Below the pieces are notes generated by a model that was given only the letters and a program-made list of their open reading frames with translations, was not told where the DNA came from and ran no database searches. From assembly GCF_035084215.1 (NCBI RefSeq), contig NC_090325.1, forward strand, positions 112,778,001 through 112,842,000: a stretch of 64,000 nucleotides of DNA, written 5' to 3'. This stretch comes from Heptranchias perlo. Its lineage: Eukaryota. Position 1 is the first letter of the stretch. Each line of letters begins with the position of its first letter. The position numbers and the translations under genes are program-made. This document shows, in pieces, positions 62,141 to 64,000 of this stretch.

Positions 62141-63958
62141 TGCTCCGATATTAACTTGAGAGAGTGGGAGGGGTTTGCGGACGGGAAACTTGGAAGTAAG
62201 AGCTTCCCGCAGGTCCAACGCAATTTAACAGTAGGACCTGTTCTAAAATTTTTCAAAAGGCTTCGCGCCCGGTAACCAGCTTGATTGACAGGCTGGCTGC
62301 CTCTGAGGGTGTGGAGGATAGGGGGAGCAGTCGGAGATTGCGCGGGGGGGCGGGGGGAGTCGGAGAACGTGGGGAATGGTGGATGGGGAGCAGTCAGAGA
62401 TCGCGTGGGGGGGGGATGTCAGTGAACGTGGGGAATGGGGGATGAGGGAGCAGTCGGAGATCGCGTGGGGGTGTGGGGGAAGTCGGTGAACGTGGGGAAT
62501 GGGGGATGGTGGAGCAGTCGGAGATCGCGTGGGGGGTGGGGGAGTCGGTGAACGTGGGGAATGGGGGATGAGGGAGCAGTCGGAGATCGCGTGGGGGGTG
62601 GGGGAGTCGGAGAACGTGGGGAATGGGGGATGAGGGAGCAGTCAGAGATCGCGTGGGGGGGTGGGGGAGTCGGAGAACGTGGGGAATGGGGGATGAGGGA
62701 GCAGTCAGAGATCGCGTGGGGGGGTGGGGGAGTCGGAGAACGTGGGGAATGGGGGATGGGGAGCAGTCAGAGATCGCGTGGGGGTGTGGGGGAAGTCGGT
62801 GAACGTGGGGAATGGGGGATGGGGGAGCAGTCGGAGATCGCGTGGGGGGGGGGAAGTCGGAGAACGTGGGGAATGGGGGATGGGGGAGCAGTCGGAGATC
62901 GCGTGGGGGGGTGGGGGAGTCGGAGAACGTGGGGAATGGGGGATGAGGGAGCAGTCAGAGATCGCGTGGGGGGTGGGGGAAGTCGGAGAACGTGGGGTGT
63001 GGAGGATGGGGGAGCACTCGGAGATCGTGTGGTGGGTGGGGGGAGTCGGAGAACGTGGGGTGTGAGGGAAGGGGGGGGCAGTTGGAGATCGCGCGGGGGG
63101 TGGGGGAAGTCGGAGAACGTGGGGTGTGGAGGATGGGGGAGCACTCGGAGATCGTGTGGTGGGTGGGGGGAGTCGGAGAACGTGGGGTGTGAGGGAAGGG
63201 GGGGGCAGTTGGAGATCGCGCGGGGGGTGGGGGAAGTCGGAGAACATGGGGGATGGGGAGCAGTCGGAGATCGCGTGGGGGGGGCGGGGGAAGTCGGAGA
63301 ACGTGGGGTGTGAGGGATGGGGGAGCAGTCGGAGATCGCGTGGGGGGTGGGGGAAGTCGGAGAACGTGGGGTGTGGAGGATGGGGGAGCACTCGGAGATC
63401 GTGTGGTGGGTGGGGGGAGTCGGAGAACGTGGGGTGTGAGGGAAGGGGGGGGCAGTTGGAGATCGCGCGGGGGGTGGGGGAAGTCGGAGAACGTGGGGTG
63501 TGGAGGATGGGGGAGCAGTCGGAGATCGTGTGGGGGGTGGGGGGAGTTGGAGAACGTGGAGGGTGAGCAATCGGAGATCACGGGGTCTTATCGCGGAGTG
63601 TGCAAAGTGGTTAGCTTGGAGGGGGTGGCGGGGGAAGCACTCCTGCTCCTCCTGGCCCGCAAGCCATGATGTAAATCCACTTACCTCATGGAGCTGGCCC
63701 TTCTCACCTCCTTTTACCTGTCAGGATTGTCTTAGCCTGGGAAACCTGGCCTCCATGGGTTAAAAATAAAAATTTAGGTAAAATGGAGGTATGCAGCCTC
63801 TTTCAAAGATTTCACTGACTGACCCGCCTCCTGAGAGCGGGTTGGTCTCCCACCTCCCGACCCACCTCCATTAAACTGCGGTCATGCTGCAAATTTCAAT
63901 TATTTTAACTTGCCACCCGCCTCCAACCAACCCGTTCTTGGGGGTTAAAATTTCCTTC
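62141..63958 (-). mobile_element. Same MITE family, inverted, enlarged by an internal minisatellite
   Basis: 62141-62305 and 63590-63958 align to the reverse complement of the two halves of 60080-60782. Confidence 0.8.
62321..63580 (+). repeat. G-rich minisatellite, about 20 units of about 63 bp
   Basis: Unit ggggagcagtcggagatcgcgtggggggtgggggagtcggagaacgtggggaatgggggat with variants; alternating two-unit pattern after about 62990. Confidence 0.95.
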
Positions 63959-64000
63959 ATTGTCTCTGGATTGAGATCTTGTAATGTCATTACCTTTACC

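Noticed and set aside
62321-63580. CRISPR-like periodicity
   Set aside because: Eukaryotic context, no unique spacers and no cas genes; it is a tandem repeat
62561-63669. Long Gly-rich and Pro-rich ORFs up to 267 aa
   Set aside because: Artefacts of the stop-poor minisatellite

Overview
Repeat-dense vertebrate genomic DNA. It is most likely a cartilaginous fish (shark), inferred from the repeat content. I could not recognise any host-gene exon, so the window is probably intronic or intergenic, and nearly all listed ORFs are transposon debris or chance frames. Retroelements include several CR1 and L2 LINE copies, an RTE-X-like LINE (one near full-length copy plus truncated copies) with a tRNA-headed SINE built from that LINE's 5' and 3' ends, and a DeuSINE-like copy. 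DNA transposons include two full-length two-gene PIF/Harbinger elements (HARBI1-like transposase plus intron-containing Myb/SANT gene), one internally deleted derivative that keeps an open Myb frame, and about ten Harbinger-type MITEs, one carrying a 1.25 kb G-rich minisatellite. The most notable signal is five minimal hammerhead ribozyme motifs in Penelope-like (PLE) remnants, with covarying stems and palindromic helix III, four of them in back-to-back inverted pairs. All calls come from reading the sequence by eye; boundaries of decayed elements are approximate.
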